In this document: positions 50,857 through 64,000 of the stretch, one piece after another | Layout: the number at the start of each line of letters is the position of its first letter | Numbering within the stretch: position 1 is the stretch's first letter | Origin: Phyllosticta citribraziliensis | Lineage: Eukaryota | DNA: 64,000 bases | Reading direction: 5' to 3' | Assembly (NCBI RefSeq): GCF_038025025.1 | Contig: NW_027117347.1 | Span: 1 to 64,000, forward strand | Made by a program: the position numbers and the translations under genes | Notes under the pieces: model-generated | The model's database searches: none | What the model saw: only the letters and a program-made list of their open reading frames with translations | What the model was told of the DNA's origin: nothing

Positions 50857-53800
50857 GTAGTAGCTAAAAATAAAGGAGTTATCCTTAACTTAGAATTTAC
50901 TATTCTCCTCTACCTATTAAGAAATATCCCCTTTTTAGGATAAGAAAGGAAAGAAAAGGAAGTAAAGAAAGAAAGAAAGAAATAAGTCTATATTAAGATA
51001 TATTTAGTTACTAGCCTCTTTATCCTTATCTATATTAGACTAGTCCTTACTGCCCGTCCTATTATTATTATAAGGTAGGGCTAATAGTAGGATAAGTAGG
51101 TTCTTCTATATATTAGTACTATAACCGCTTTTATCTTCTCCTAATATAGGCACGTAATATATAATAGTACCTATGTCTATATAGAAATCAGGGTGCATAT
51201 ATCTACTAGGAATATAGCTTATAAACTAGTTAGTAAACCCTATATTAGTACCTAGGAATTACTCTACTAGGCCATCTATATCCTATAGTATATATAGTAT
51301 AAGTAGCTATAAAGCGAGCAGTCTAGCGATCTATAGGTATTTTAGGGGGTTATTATTAATATACTAGATTAGGCAGCTTAATCCTATATAGAAAGTAAGG
51401 TTATTAACTACTATATTAGAGATAAACTTATTAGGGATAATTCCTCTAATAATAAGGTATACGGCTTAGTAAGGTTCTATTATAAGGAGTATAGCTATTA
51501 GGTTAGTATAGTAGTAGAGACAGCCTACTTTACCTAGATTAGGATATTAATAGATTATATAGTTTACTAAGTATCCTAGGAAAGCAGCTTTAATAGTATT
51601 AGTAATATTACTATAGTTAGTAGGATTATTATTAGGGATTAAAGGGTCTTTTATACTAGTACTAGAACTAATATTATTATTATTATTATTAGGTTCGCCT
51701 AGAAGTAGCTTGTCTTAAGTTATAAGTAGGGCGTTATTAGCATCTACTATAAATATAGTATAGTTAGGGTAGTCTAGGTAAACCTATAGTATAAGCTTAT
51801 CTAGGCCTTTAGGTTTCTTATCCTATAATAATATCTCCCTATTAGGAGGGGGCATACCTTAAAGTATCTCTATAAGCTCTACTTTATTATTATTAATAGG
51901 ATAGTTATATTAGTACTAACCTACTCCTACTCTAGGAGTATAAAACTTAGTACCTATAGACTACTTATTTCTACTTTTTATAAGGGTAGTAGTAAATATA
52001 TAGATCTCTACTAGTAGTATATTGCCTCTTATTATACAGTCTATTATAATAGCATAGTAGCCCTACCTATTCTATATTTCTTATTTATAAAGGTGCTACT
52101 TTATGCCCTTAGGGACTAAGATATCCTTATATATAGAGAAAAGTAGTCTATTATAACTATAAATAGTAAGGCCTCCTATTACCTAAGGGTGCGTCTTATT
52201 AATATTAGGGTTACTAGGCTCCTTCTTACTAATATACTTATTATAGCCTTTCCTACTAATAAGTCTATACTGCCCTATAAGTATTATATACTAGATTTTA
52301 CTATCCTTATCTTAGTAGTATAAGGCCTATCTATTAGGGTAATAATATAGGTTTAGTCCTCTATCTTTATAGTAAAACGGCTAGATTTAGTAGAGGTTAT
52401 AGAACTTAAGATCTATTATTACTTAATAAGCTAAGTAGTAGAGGGCCCCTATTATTATAGAGGATAGGCTTATACTAGGTAGGAGAAGGTATTAATCTTT
52501 AATAAATATACCTAAAATATAGTTAATAATAGGAAAGTTACTAGTATTTATAAGGAATATAGTATCCTAGTCCTATTTATACTCTATAAAAGTCTTAGAG
52601 TTATAGAATAGATAGTATATACTTTCCTTTAGGAATAACTAGTTACCTATTTTACCTTAGAGACTGACTACTACTAGTTTATCTAGTATAATATTAGGCG
52701 CGCCCCTTAGTTTCTTTAATTATATAGTAATATTTAGTATACTAGTAGCCTTTCCTATTTTCTTTATCTTCTATAGTATAGCTAGTCCCTTAGGGTCCGC
52801 CCTTTCTTTTCTCTACCTTAGTATTAGGGTATCTAGGAATTCCTTTCCTAAATCTATATTATTATTAGGAACTTAGGATATGCATTAAATTATAGCTATA
52901 ATAATTTTATTAGTATTATAGGAAGTATTAGTAAGTTAGTAGGTTTACTTTTTAATAGTAGAATTCTAGGCCTATAGGTCTATATTAGTAATATCTACTA
53001 TTTTATAGCTTACCTTAACCTATAGAGTTACTCTAATTGTACTAAAATTAGGAGGTATCTATATTAGGTAAGAAGCTAGTATTCTTATACTAAGAAGGCT
53101 TATAGCTAGGTTAGAGGTAAGACTAGGTTAAGGTATAGTTTTTAGTAAGAAGGTAGGCTTCTACTATCTCTTATCCTTAGTATCCTCCTCTAATTCCTTA
53201 GTAGTAAAGTACTTATACTTATTACTATAATTAGTATTATACTCTTTTATATACGCGTCTAGTATACTGCTATTTTTATTATTTTAGTAGAAGCTATAGG
53301 TCTAGTATCTTAAGCCTCTAGCCCCTAACACGCCGCATCCTTATATAGTTATAGATGGTGCGTTTATTATTAGTATATCTACTATTAGTATTATAGTACT
53401 ATTATATAAGATAGTATTAAAGAAGTCTACTATCTCTTTATTATTAGTAACTTAGTTTAGCGCGTCCTATTATAAATACTTACTAGTATTAGGAGAAAAG
53501 TAGTTATTCTATACTTCTAGTCTAGAGATGGCATTATTTTACTTAAGGGTAGGTATACTATTACTAGTAGTAGGGGTATTATTTAGTATTATATTTACTA
53601 GGACCGCGCCTATATTAGGTGCTATATTATTAGGTACTATATTATATAAAAGGTCCTACTATTCTTATAGGCTAGTAATAGCTATTAGGGTAGTACTAGT
53701 AAGTCTATTCCTATTATAGTTTAAAGGCTAACTATATTGGTCTCTTAGGTAGCTTATATATTTATATTATAGGTAAGGTTATATAGTAAGGTTAGTATAG

Positions 53801-56800
53801 GGTTATAAGTTAATATTCTATAGACCCTAATATTAATTAGGTACTTATACTATAGCTAGTACTAGTTGCCCTACTAATACACGGTCCTCTTCTTACTTAG
53901 TAATACTTAAGTATATAAAATATTTTTAGTAGTAATATTCTTATAGGCCTTCCTTTACTAGGAGGTACTTAGGCGCGCCTTACTAGCTCCCTCTATAAGA
54001 TAGGTACTAACTTAGTACTCTTCTCTAGTAGCTTAGGGTTTCTTCTCCTTATTCTTTATACCTAGTAGACGACCTTACTACTTTAGTACTATAGGGATAA
54101 CTATTTCTAGCGGTATATATAGTAGTTTATTATATAACAGCCTGCCCTATAGTAGTTTATTATATACCTTAGTAGGTAGCAGCTTAACTATATTATTATT
54201 TTCCTCTAGGTCCTTAGGTACTATAGTAGTATATTAAGGCGGTCCTAGTTTCTATTAGGGCCTATACTAGTCTAGCTTTACTATTATCTCCTTATTTATC
54301 CTTATATTATATTTTCTAATAAGATCTATTGCCCCCTCTAAGTTATCTAAGTTATACTATACTTAATACTATAGCCCCTAGCCTTTCTAGTTAACTAAGT
54401 ATTATAGTTTCCTAGTCCTATAATATTTACGTCTATCTACTAAGCGCGAGATTTTATACTTAGGTACTAGCTTATTAGTATTAATAATAGGTCCTAGCTC
54501 TAATATAGTATTATACTTAAAAGGGTTAGGGCTATCCTTTTCCTTTTCTAATTAAGAGATATTAATAACTAGATAAATCCTTAAACTACTAGAGATGGCT
54601 AGTTTATAGGCCTATATACTAACTACTTATATTACTTTATAAGGTCCTATATACATGTTCTAGAGTTTCTATAGTAGGTTACTATATACCTTATAACTAT
54701 AGTATAACTATAGATATACCTTATCCCCTAGTTTAAATTAGACTAGATAGTACTTACTATTATATTACTCCTTTTATACTACTACTATAAAAGTAAGGGC
54801 TTCTTAGGCTTTAGTATAGTAGTCTAAATAGAGGGTTTTTAAGTCTATATCCTTAGTAGATTCTACCTAGTTATACCTATCATCCTATAGGTTAAATCTA
54901 TATAAGATTTTATAGGGGGTACATCCTATTAAGGCGTTTTAGGAAGAATTTATAGTCCCCTAGATATAAGGAAGAGCGTCTACCTAACTCTAATTAGAGT
55001 TAGCTATAATAAAGAAGTATAGGGTAATCTCTACTATCTAGTTAGTACGCTTACTTTATCTATCTATCTAGGGATAGTAAGTAGTAGTAGTATTTAGATT
55101 AATTTTTATTATCTTAAAAACGCCGCTTATAAATCACCCTAGCTAATAGGAGTCCTAGTCTATAATTATAATAGAAGGTAGACCCTATCTATATCTATAG
55201 AGTTCTTTAAACTATAAACCTCCCTAATTACCTATAGTCTAGGTCTCTTAACTAGGGATTAGTAAGATTACTTTAGAAAATTTATAGATTATAGTTAGAA
55301 GTATATTAAAACCCCCTTTACTATATATAGGCAGCTTAGTAATAAAATTAATATATATAGTAAAGAAGGGGACCTTTACTACTATAATAGGGACTATTAA
55401 CCTATTAGGTTTATATTAAGGCGTTTAGTTAATATAACAGTTAGGATAGTAATTAATATATACCTATACCTACTAGTATAGGTACCTTATATAGTAGTAA
55501 GTATAAATATAATCTATATATTAGTCTACACCTTAATAGAAATGCTAATTATATACTTATTTAAATACTACTTACTTATAGCTTTAAGGAATATATAGCT
55601 ATTCTTACTAGTCTCCTAAATAGTCTATAAAGTAGATTAGCCCTTTCTATAAGAAGAAGTATAGACTAGGGACTAGTCCTTTATAGGGGTCCTTATTTTC
55701 TTCTATATCCCTAAGGGGAACGGGCTCTATAGTAGTAATAGGGGCTAGTATTACTATAGGTATAGGGTTTATACTAGTAGGTCACTCTATAGTTATTATA
55801 GGGTTTACTAGCCTATAGTTATATTCCTACTACTACTTAAGGGCCTGCTCTAAAATACAGAGTACCTTTACCTATTATATATTAGTACTATATACTATAT
55901 AGAGCTCTTACTTAAATCTATTAGAGAGCTCTACTAATACTATATAGAAGTAAGTAGCAGTATTACTACCTTCTAAGGTATACTAAACTAGGTCCTTATT
56001 ATTAGGGAATTTTATAGTATTAAGGGTATTATCCGCGTCTATAGTCGCCTTAAATAGCAATTAGCTTAGTATATTAGGGATGATATAGTTCCTCCCTAGC
56101 TAGTACTATACCTTTAATAGATACTAGCTCAGGTATTAGCTTATATATATTAGATATAGGTTTAGCTGCTCTACAGATTAGGAGTTTCTAAAGTATAGCT
56201 ATTATATAATAGTAGTAACTACTAAATAGTTAGTAAATACCTAAGTGTCCTTAGAGGCCTATATTAGTATTTATAATTTCTTAACTACCTAAATAACTCC
56301 TATTATCTTAAGCTTAGTAGTCTAGTATCTCGTCTTAGCTCCTAAAAGGCGCCAGGATAGGAAGGCTATTAGCTTAATAGACTACTTTAGGAAGTCCTTA
56401 GCCTTTTTAAGCTAATTTATAGTAGGGTTTTTACCCTCTATATTCTCTATATTTATAGTAGGAGTCTAGTCTTCTATAACTAGTTTAGGATTACCTTTTA
56501 TATAGTAGGCTATTATACTAAAACCTAACTCTTTACTAGCATCTATATTAATAAAGAGGGGTCTCTTAGGTATATAGTAAAAATACTATTATATTTTATA
56601 AAGGGTCGTTTATATGGCCTTAAATAATACTACTAGTACTAGGGAGTCTAGTAGTGCCTATACTACTATATATTAGTAGTGCGCTTGTTTATCTTTAGGA
56701 GCGCTTTATAATAGCACGGTCTTTATAGCTTCTAGTAGTTCTACTAGTTATATATAGTAGGGATAGTTATCCTATAGCTAGCTAGTAAGCCCTATAAAGG

Positions 56801-59800
56801 TTTCTAGTTCTTAGAGGGTCCTTAGGAATTTAAGGTCTTTTAGAGCTTAGATCTTAGCTTCTAATATTATAATACTAAACCTAGATACCTACTATCCTAA
56901 TAGTATAATAGATAGGTATCCTAACCGGGACTTCTTAGTACTTAGGCTTATATTTATACTATTAAGGATAGTAAATACCTTTTTAAGGTAATCTAGGTAT
57001 TCTTCTAATATTTTAGAGAAAATAGTAATATTATTAATATATATTTATATAAAAGCGCGGCAGTTTTAAAGAAGAGTATTATACTACTATTATATATACT
57101 ATATAGAGTTATAGTGTCCTATTAGGGCTATATTTAACTATTTAGCACCCTAGTAGGTAAGTATAATTAGCTTATATTAGTTATTAGGATAGATCTGCTA
57201 CTAATAGAAGAAAGAGATAGTGTCTACTACTAAGATATAGAGATAGCCCTAGATATTAAAGATAATATTAGTAGCTAGAGGGAGTAGCTATAAGTCCTTC
57301 TTACTAATAGTATTAAGGGCTTATATATCTATAACTACTTATCCTTTCTACTCTAGAGTCCTATTCTCTCTAGGGACTAGCTTCTATACTATAAATATAG
57401 AGAAGCTAAGATAAGTATCTCTATATACCTATTCTACTTTTCCTTATTTATATATAGGGTTAAGCGTGGCATCTTAGAATTTATAGTCCCTTTAGGATAT
57501 AGGGTATAGTCTTTAATATTTAAAATATTTATACTAGCCTAGGACTAATAGTATCCTTATTTAATCCTTTTTAGGAACCTTAATAAATCCCTTTTAATTA
57601 TAGAAAAGATCTTAAAACTAATCTACTAGTTTCTAGTATAGTAACTAGACCTTAGGGGTCCTAAATATAGTAATACTATTATTAAGCTTAGCCTCCTCTA
57701 TAATAGGGATAGTAGGGTTTAAACTAGCTAGGCTATATTCTATATCTATAAGGCGGTACGCCCTATTAAATTCTATAGTAATAATACTACCTAGCTATAT
57801 ATTCTAGGAGATTATAAGAGGCCAATCTAAGTTATTTCTAGTAATAATCTAGTTTATATCTATACTAGTAACTATAGTATAAAGGGTACCCCCCTTTTAT
57901 AGGAAGGGTATAGGATGCGCGGTTTTATTAGGATAGAACTTATATACTTAGTAAGGAAGGTCTAGTCCTAGAATTTTAATAAGTAGCTTTACCTAGGACT
58001 ATAGGGGTATTATTATATTCCTTATAGTATGTATATATTAGTAGATAGGAGTAGAAAATAGCTTAGTTATTATACTAGTATTTAGTCCCTTAGGCCCTAT
58101 ATATAGCCATACTACTTAGTTCTAACTAATATTAATAATTACCTCTTTAGGATGTAGGAGGTTATTCCCTATAAGTAGAGGGATATTTAACTTATTAGTT
58201 ACCTAAGTATAGTAGGGAAGAAAGCTAAGAGCCTATTCTACCTTAGTTTATCTAGATAAGTAAAGGGGAAGTATTATATAGTTAGTATATTCTATCTTAT
58301 ATCCTACTCTAGTAATAATTATAGGTTTCTTAAGTATTATTACCCTAATATTAGGGAGCTTTTCCTTTAAAAATATTCTATTTACTATTAAGGATAAGGC
58401 ACCTATATTAAGATACCTAATATCTACTATTTCTATAGGGGTTAGCCTAAAACTAATCTCTATTAATTAATATTTAGGAAATAGAGGTAGATTGTCCCCT
58501 ATACTAAGTCCTATAAAGGCTATAGATAACTCTAAGATTAGCACCTTTAGTTCTATATTAGATATAGCCTTATCCTTTATCTTCCTATATTTGCTATTAA
58601 CCGTATTAAACCCTAATATAGTAAGGTAGACTATTTAGTAACGGCATCTCTAACTAAGTATAGGAGTGCCTTATCTATAGCACTATATTACCTATACTAT
58701 AAGGCTAAGAGGAAAGATTAATGCCTACTAGAAGGCTATAACTACTAGAGTAAGGATATACTAAGAGGAGATAATATATTACTTAGTTCTATTATTCTAA
58801 TAGCTTTTAGGTACTAGTTACCTACTAACTAGATAGTACTCTATTTAGGTCCTAAATTCTTAAGCGGCCTAATACTTACTTAGTTTAAACTATATTTAAA
58901 ACCGTTATCCCTTAGGTACTAGTATAACTTATATTTAGAAGGGAAGCTTATCTAGTAGCTATTATATACTTTCTAGGGATTAAGTACTATTATATTACTA
59001 CTAGGAGTATAGTTAAAAGCGTTATCCTAGATAAGTATATATCTATACTAGGAGTAGTAGTTAGCTCCTATTATAATTATAGGCTTACTATTATTTAACT
59101 ATAGCTTCTCCTTATTAGTTATAGGGGTCTCTATACCGGCGTCCTTATTACTTTTAGTATTTTTACTTTCCTTATTACTATCCTTATACTTGCTTTTAGA
59201 GCCATCCTAGGTATAGTATTATATATATATAGTAGGTTTATAGTTATAGTTATAGTTATAGTCGTAACGATCCTTAGGCTTTAAGTAGGACCTAGAACTA
59301 GACTCTTTTAGGTTAGGAGTAGGAAGTATACCCTACTTAGAATAGATTACCTATTTTATATTACTTAGTCTCCTAGTACTTATATTATACTAGGACGCTA
59401 AGCGCGCTCTATTAGATTAATTAAAAGGCTAGCTAGTAGTCTATATTAAAGCGCGTCCTTAATTCTAGCCCTTAGGGAAGAATACCTTACTAGTAGTAGT
59501 TATATTAAAATATTAGGATAGGTGTTTCTAAGTCTACTAGTAACTCTTAATATTCTTAATAAATACTTAGACTATAGTATTTACTATAGGTTTAGGGATC
59601 TACTACTAGAAGTAAGGGTTAATACATATATAGGTATTAGCTAACTAATTATATATAGTAGGGAAACTAGCAGCTTATCCTAGATATATATAGGTAATAA
59701 TAAAGTCCCTTATACTTTTAGTATAGACCTCTAGGAGCCTAAAGCGTACTCTATTTAGTACTTTAATAGCTTTATATCGTGTTATACTAAAGTCTTTATA

Positions 59801-62292
59801 TAGTAGTAAAGTCTAATTATTAATACTATATTTAGTATATATAAAAGCTTAGTCTTCCTCTATAAGTTAGGAGGTATACTATATATTTAATAATCCTTTT
59901 AGGCACTTCTATAGGTTAGTATAGATTAGATCTGCTCTATAAGTAGTATAAGCTATTAAGGTGCTATTAATAAACTACTCTATAGTATAGTATAAGACCT
60001 TCCCTTATTTAGTTATACTACCTTTATAGCTAATATCTTCTTCTAATAGATTAGGGTTAAAGTAACTAATATTATCTAGATAGAAATACTAGGTTATTCT
60101 TCTAGTATATAGTCCTAATACCTAGTTATACTCCTTATTATTACCTATACCCTATAGGGGAATAAACTAAAAAGTAGTAGACTATTTATCCTCTTCTCTA
60201 TCCCTAGGGGGAGGGGAGCTTAATAGGAGTAGCTCTTCTATCTTATACTAGGTATACCTTTTCTAGTATCTCTATTCCTAGTTTTTACTAGAGAAATAGT
60301 TTCCCTCCTATAACTATAGTAGTCTTAATACTGCTTAGCCTCCGCCTTAGGGCGCGCTTATTTTAAGTATAAATAGGTATATACTAAGCTTCTTAAGTTA
60401 CTTATTAACCCCTTTATTTATTATAGTAAGGTTTATTATCTGCGCTTTCTATTATTTAGAAAATATATCTTAGAGCATATCTAGCTTTACTTCTAAAGAT
60501 TCTAGAGTTATAGTAGGCTACTAGATCTCCTTAGTCTAGTCTATAGCGCTGTACTAGTTGCGTATATACGGCAGTATTATATTATATAGGGGTGGCTAGT
60601 TATAGTATATATACCTTAGGGGAGGATTCTAGTTTCCTAGTAGCTATTAGTAGGAGAAAGGAAGACCGCTATATAGGTATTAGCTAAAACCTAGACCTGC
60701 GCCACTCTAGAAAATATTAGGTAGTTAACTAAAGGGTTAGTAAGAGCGGCCTTAAAGAAGCCTATAGCTAGATAGAAAGGAAGGTTATCTAAACTAGCCT
60801 TTATAAGTATAGCTAGTATCTTTACTAAAATTTAGTAGGATATAGTAGTCTTTAAAATTATTATCTATAGAAGAATAAGGACTCTATAGATTATATTCTA
60901 GTTTATTATCTATAGGTAGGCTACTAGTATAGGTGACTAGCTACTTTCCTTTAAAAGGTTTTAGTTAAGAAGTATAAGGGGGTATTACCTACTTATCTTA
61001 GAGCTAGTATAGCCTTATACTTATATATATCTATAACTAGAGTTATTAATAGGTGCGTATAGAAGTAGAGTAATATAAAGAAGATAAGCATCTTTAAGTT
61101 AGTATAGGTATTAGTAAAATAGGTTATTAAGGCTCTATAGATAGTATAGGTTATAGATAAATTAATATATAGTATAGAGATTTTAATTAAGGTCGTCTAT
61201 AAAGTAAGGTAATAGGCGTTTATATCTAAAAAGAGGGTAGATCTACTAAGTAGGTAATTAGTTAGCCCTTTCCCTATCTAGGTATAGTATAGCCTCTAGT
61301 AGGAGGAGTAGGTCCTAATAGTTCCTAGATTAATTCTAGTATAACTTCTAGGGTAATTATAGCAGGTCCTAAAGGTAACTAGGGCGCTATCTTAGCTTAT
61401 AGCTAGAGAGGCGCTTTAAGGACTATACCTAGAGCTAATACCTCTAGTATAATAGGACGTCCTAGTATAGTTAGAGAAAGGTACTAGAATAGATTATATA
61501 GGAACTAGGATACCCTTAAGCCTATACTTATATTATATTAGCCTAGCTCCTTACGCGGCGTAGTTAGGACTGGGTTTAGTAGTAAACCTACTATATTAGT
61601 AGATATTAGTATACTTAGTATTATAGTCCTTATACCCTTAGCTAGAGCCTCTTCTACGCGTTCCTATTCTATAACTACTAGGCAATTCTCTAGGAATAAT
61701 TTAGTATAGGCGGTATTAACTCGCTCTAAGGCTTATTAGAAGGTAGCCTAGTTTATACCTCCTATAGAATTCTAATATACTAGATAATCTAGGTGCCTTT
61801 AAGATGCCTTAGCTTAATAAGTAGACACTTCTATACTACCTAGGGGCTTAAATATTTCTATAAGGAGGTTAATATAAGTCCTTACTACTAGAGTAATCTA
61901 TTTAAGCTGTTACTTATATTTACTATAATAAAGGAAGGCCTTAAGCTACTAGATAGATAGTATATCCTCTTCTAAAACTAATATAGTAAACTTATTATTT
62001 AGGGACTATATTATAGATAGTTCCTTATACTAGTACTAAGTATTAAAGGGAGGGGTAAGTATAGTAGAAGTAAGGGTCCTACTATAATAATACTAGTACT
62101 AGGTTATATAAGAAGGGAGATCCTTACTAGGTGCTATATAGAAGTATATTATTAGCTATTTTAAGGAGATCTTCCTAGGTTTTAGTAGAAGTAGACTTAT
62201 AGTATTTATATATTAGTAGTAATAAAGGTCCTAGATATAGAGGGGATGCTATAGTAAAAGGAAGTACTATAGTACTTTTAGCTACTACTTAA

Positions 62293-62465
62293 TATTATAA
62301 GTTTAGTTAGGACGTCTTTTTTTAAGTAAGGATTATATTATTATTATCTCTATCTTAGCCCTAGGGCCCTACTTATTCTTATCTACTTACTTATACTACT
62401 AAGCCTACTAGCTAGTACCTGCCTTACTTACCTAAGGCGTCCCTAACTATCTATAGACTATAATA
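62293..62465 (-). repeat. LTR (5' LTR in element orientation)
   Basis: Direct repeat of 50684-50856 differing only by transitions. Confidence 0.95.
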
Positions 62466-63860
62466 CTAAGCTAAGAAGAAAAATCTAGATAACCTTAACT
62501 TTATAGTATTTCTTAATTAGGGCTTATATATTCTCTATTCTATAAGTAAAGAGCTAGTCTATATAATTATTAAGGGAGATATGGCCTAGCTGCCCTATAT
62601 AGTACTAATAAGATAGCAAGCTAAGTAGATAATTAAATATTATAATAAGGAGCGCTCACATCTAACTACTAAGAAAAAAGGCTAGTATTAGCTAATAATC
62701 TATATAAACTACCTCTATAATAAGGACGGCTATAGATTACTAAGGGTATATATTAGCTACTTTATAGATTACCTAGAAGAGTACCTTATAGATAATAACT
62801 ATACCTTATAGGTTAAGAGCTTATTTCTTTATAATTATATATATAGCTATAGGTAATACCTTAATATAGGAGCTATTTATTTAAGAGGCGGTCCTATACC
62901 GACCTGTATTTAAACTATTTATAGTTTTACTAGAAGTATATATAGATACCTTAAGACTAATATATTAGATCCCCCTTAAGCCCTATCTAAAGTTAGATAT
63001 ACTAATAATATAATAAAGTAACTTTATAAGTATTTAAAGTACTAGAGCTCTAACTTTTTAATAAATCTAATAGACGCCTTAATATACCTAGAATATAAGG
63101 GTAAGGGGTATAGCATCTACTAATTTATTCTCTATAAGGTCTTTACCCCCTTATAAGGCTAGATTAGTAAGGTCCTAATTAATTAATTAGGTATAGGCTA
63201 TATTAAGATAGGGTATAGCATGTCGTCCTTACTAATAGGCTATAGTAACACCTTATACCTAATATACTTTATTAAGATCTACTATAAATAGGCTGGTAGA
63301 GCGCGCCTCTATATACCGTTTTATAGTAAGTTTTAAACCCTATATAGCCTGCAAGTCTAACTAGTAGCAGTATAATTATATAAGCGCGTATAGTAGAAGA
63401 AGATAAAGCTAGCTATTTAGAGGGTATCTAAGCTAGAACTAGCTAGATAAGAGATGATAAACACTATAGACTAGTTATTAAGATAGGTTACTAAGTTAGA
63501 AATAAAGTCTAAGAAGGTCTAGGTATATATAAATAAGATAATTAAATCCTATAAGTAAGTATTAGAAAAGGTAGCTAATACTAAGAAGAGGGCTAACCTA
63601 TTAACTAGGATAGCTACTATTATTATAGATAATAATAGATAGTAGTAGGACTAGCCTAATAAGGATAACTAGCTATAGGCCTAGAAAAAGAAGAAGAGGG
63701 AGGTAGTAGAGTTAGCTAAGTTATAAGAGTTTAAGGAGTTTAAGGACTTAAAGGAGTTAGAGTAATTAGAGCTAATAGAGTAGTTAGAATAGTTAGAGTA
63801 GTTAGAGTAGTAGGAGTAGTTAGAGGAGTTATAGGAGTTATAGGAGTTAGGAAAGGGTAA
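62466..63860 (+). pseudogene. 3' part of the interrupted RIP gene: GIY-YIG-like domain and Q/E/L coiled-coil tail
   Basis: De-RIP reading IYxNYL (~62698) then EVGYxxNxxKRLxEHxKHQSSNFLMNLxDAL...YSIHQFxLYxVFxPxQGxIxEVLxxRLGxGY...G.GMS..PAG (~62990-63245), ending in (QLE)n...GKG*. Confidence 0.65.
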
Positions 63861-64000
63861 AGAAAAGTAGTATACTAAGTAATAGCCTTAGGTCTTTACT
63901 ATATATTAAGGGGTAAGTAGTTATTAGTTTAATTAATAGAATATAAAGAGTTTCTAATATAGCTTATATAAATAATATATTAGGACTGCTATATAAATGC

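Larger units (their letters stand above)
50684..62465 (-). mobile_element. Ty3/Gypsy chromovirus LTR retrotransposon, full-length, RIP-inactivated, 11.8 kb
   Basis: Two 173-bp LTRs and a 5-bp TSD CTAAG (50679-50683, 62466-62470). De-RIP minus-strand motifs: RT YIDDIVIFS (~57010-57050), integrase IDFITxLP (~55330-55365) and TAYHPQTDGQSERTNQTVE (~55030-55090), chromodomain YLVxWKGxG (~54370-54405). RT precedes INT, as in Gypsy. Confidence 0.93.
30500..64000. other. RIP-mutated AT-rich block (dead orphan genes plus a retrotransposon)
   Basis: TpA excess, CpA/TpG depletion, TAA/TAG in all frames, and recognisable C>T/G>A-converted paralogues of island genes. Confidence 0.95.

Noticed and set aside
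42390..53719. ORFs 42390..42689, 48179..48448 and 53528..53719 (I/L/S/Y-rich, membrane-like)
   Set aside because: Artefacts of RIP composition and tandem repeats in off-frames.

Overview
This is the left end of a filamentous-ascomycete chromosome, identified by a (CCCTAA)n telomere, spliceosomal introns with CTRAC branch points and a heavy RIP signature. There are four zones. (1) 1-112: telomere. (2) ~111-11340: a non-coding array of roughly 70 highly diverged ~154-171 bp units (mean ~158), each with the motif YCTYTTCAA-N5/6-RCYTGCGCR. It is RIP-mutated from ~180 to ~8590 and unmutated beyond, and the telomere is joined exactly at this motif. (3) ~11.4-30.5 kb: a RIP-free, GC-balanced island densely packed with small intron-containing orphan genes (coiled-coil, low-complexity, Cys-motif), internal paralogues and several pseudogenes. 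Its first gene encodes a divergent GIY-YIG-like protein. (4) ~30.5-64 kb: AT-rich RIP-destroyed DNA. This is mostly dead paralogues of the same orphan families, including a second, more canonical GIY-YIG-like gene split by an 11.8 kb chromoviral Ty3/Gypsy element (173 bp LTRs, CTAAG target-site duplication, extra ORF). I recognise no housekeeping genes, which fits an accessory chromosome or accessory chromosome end. All alignments and de-RIP translations were done by eye, and most short ORFs in the supplied track are not real genes.
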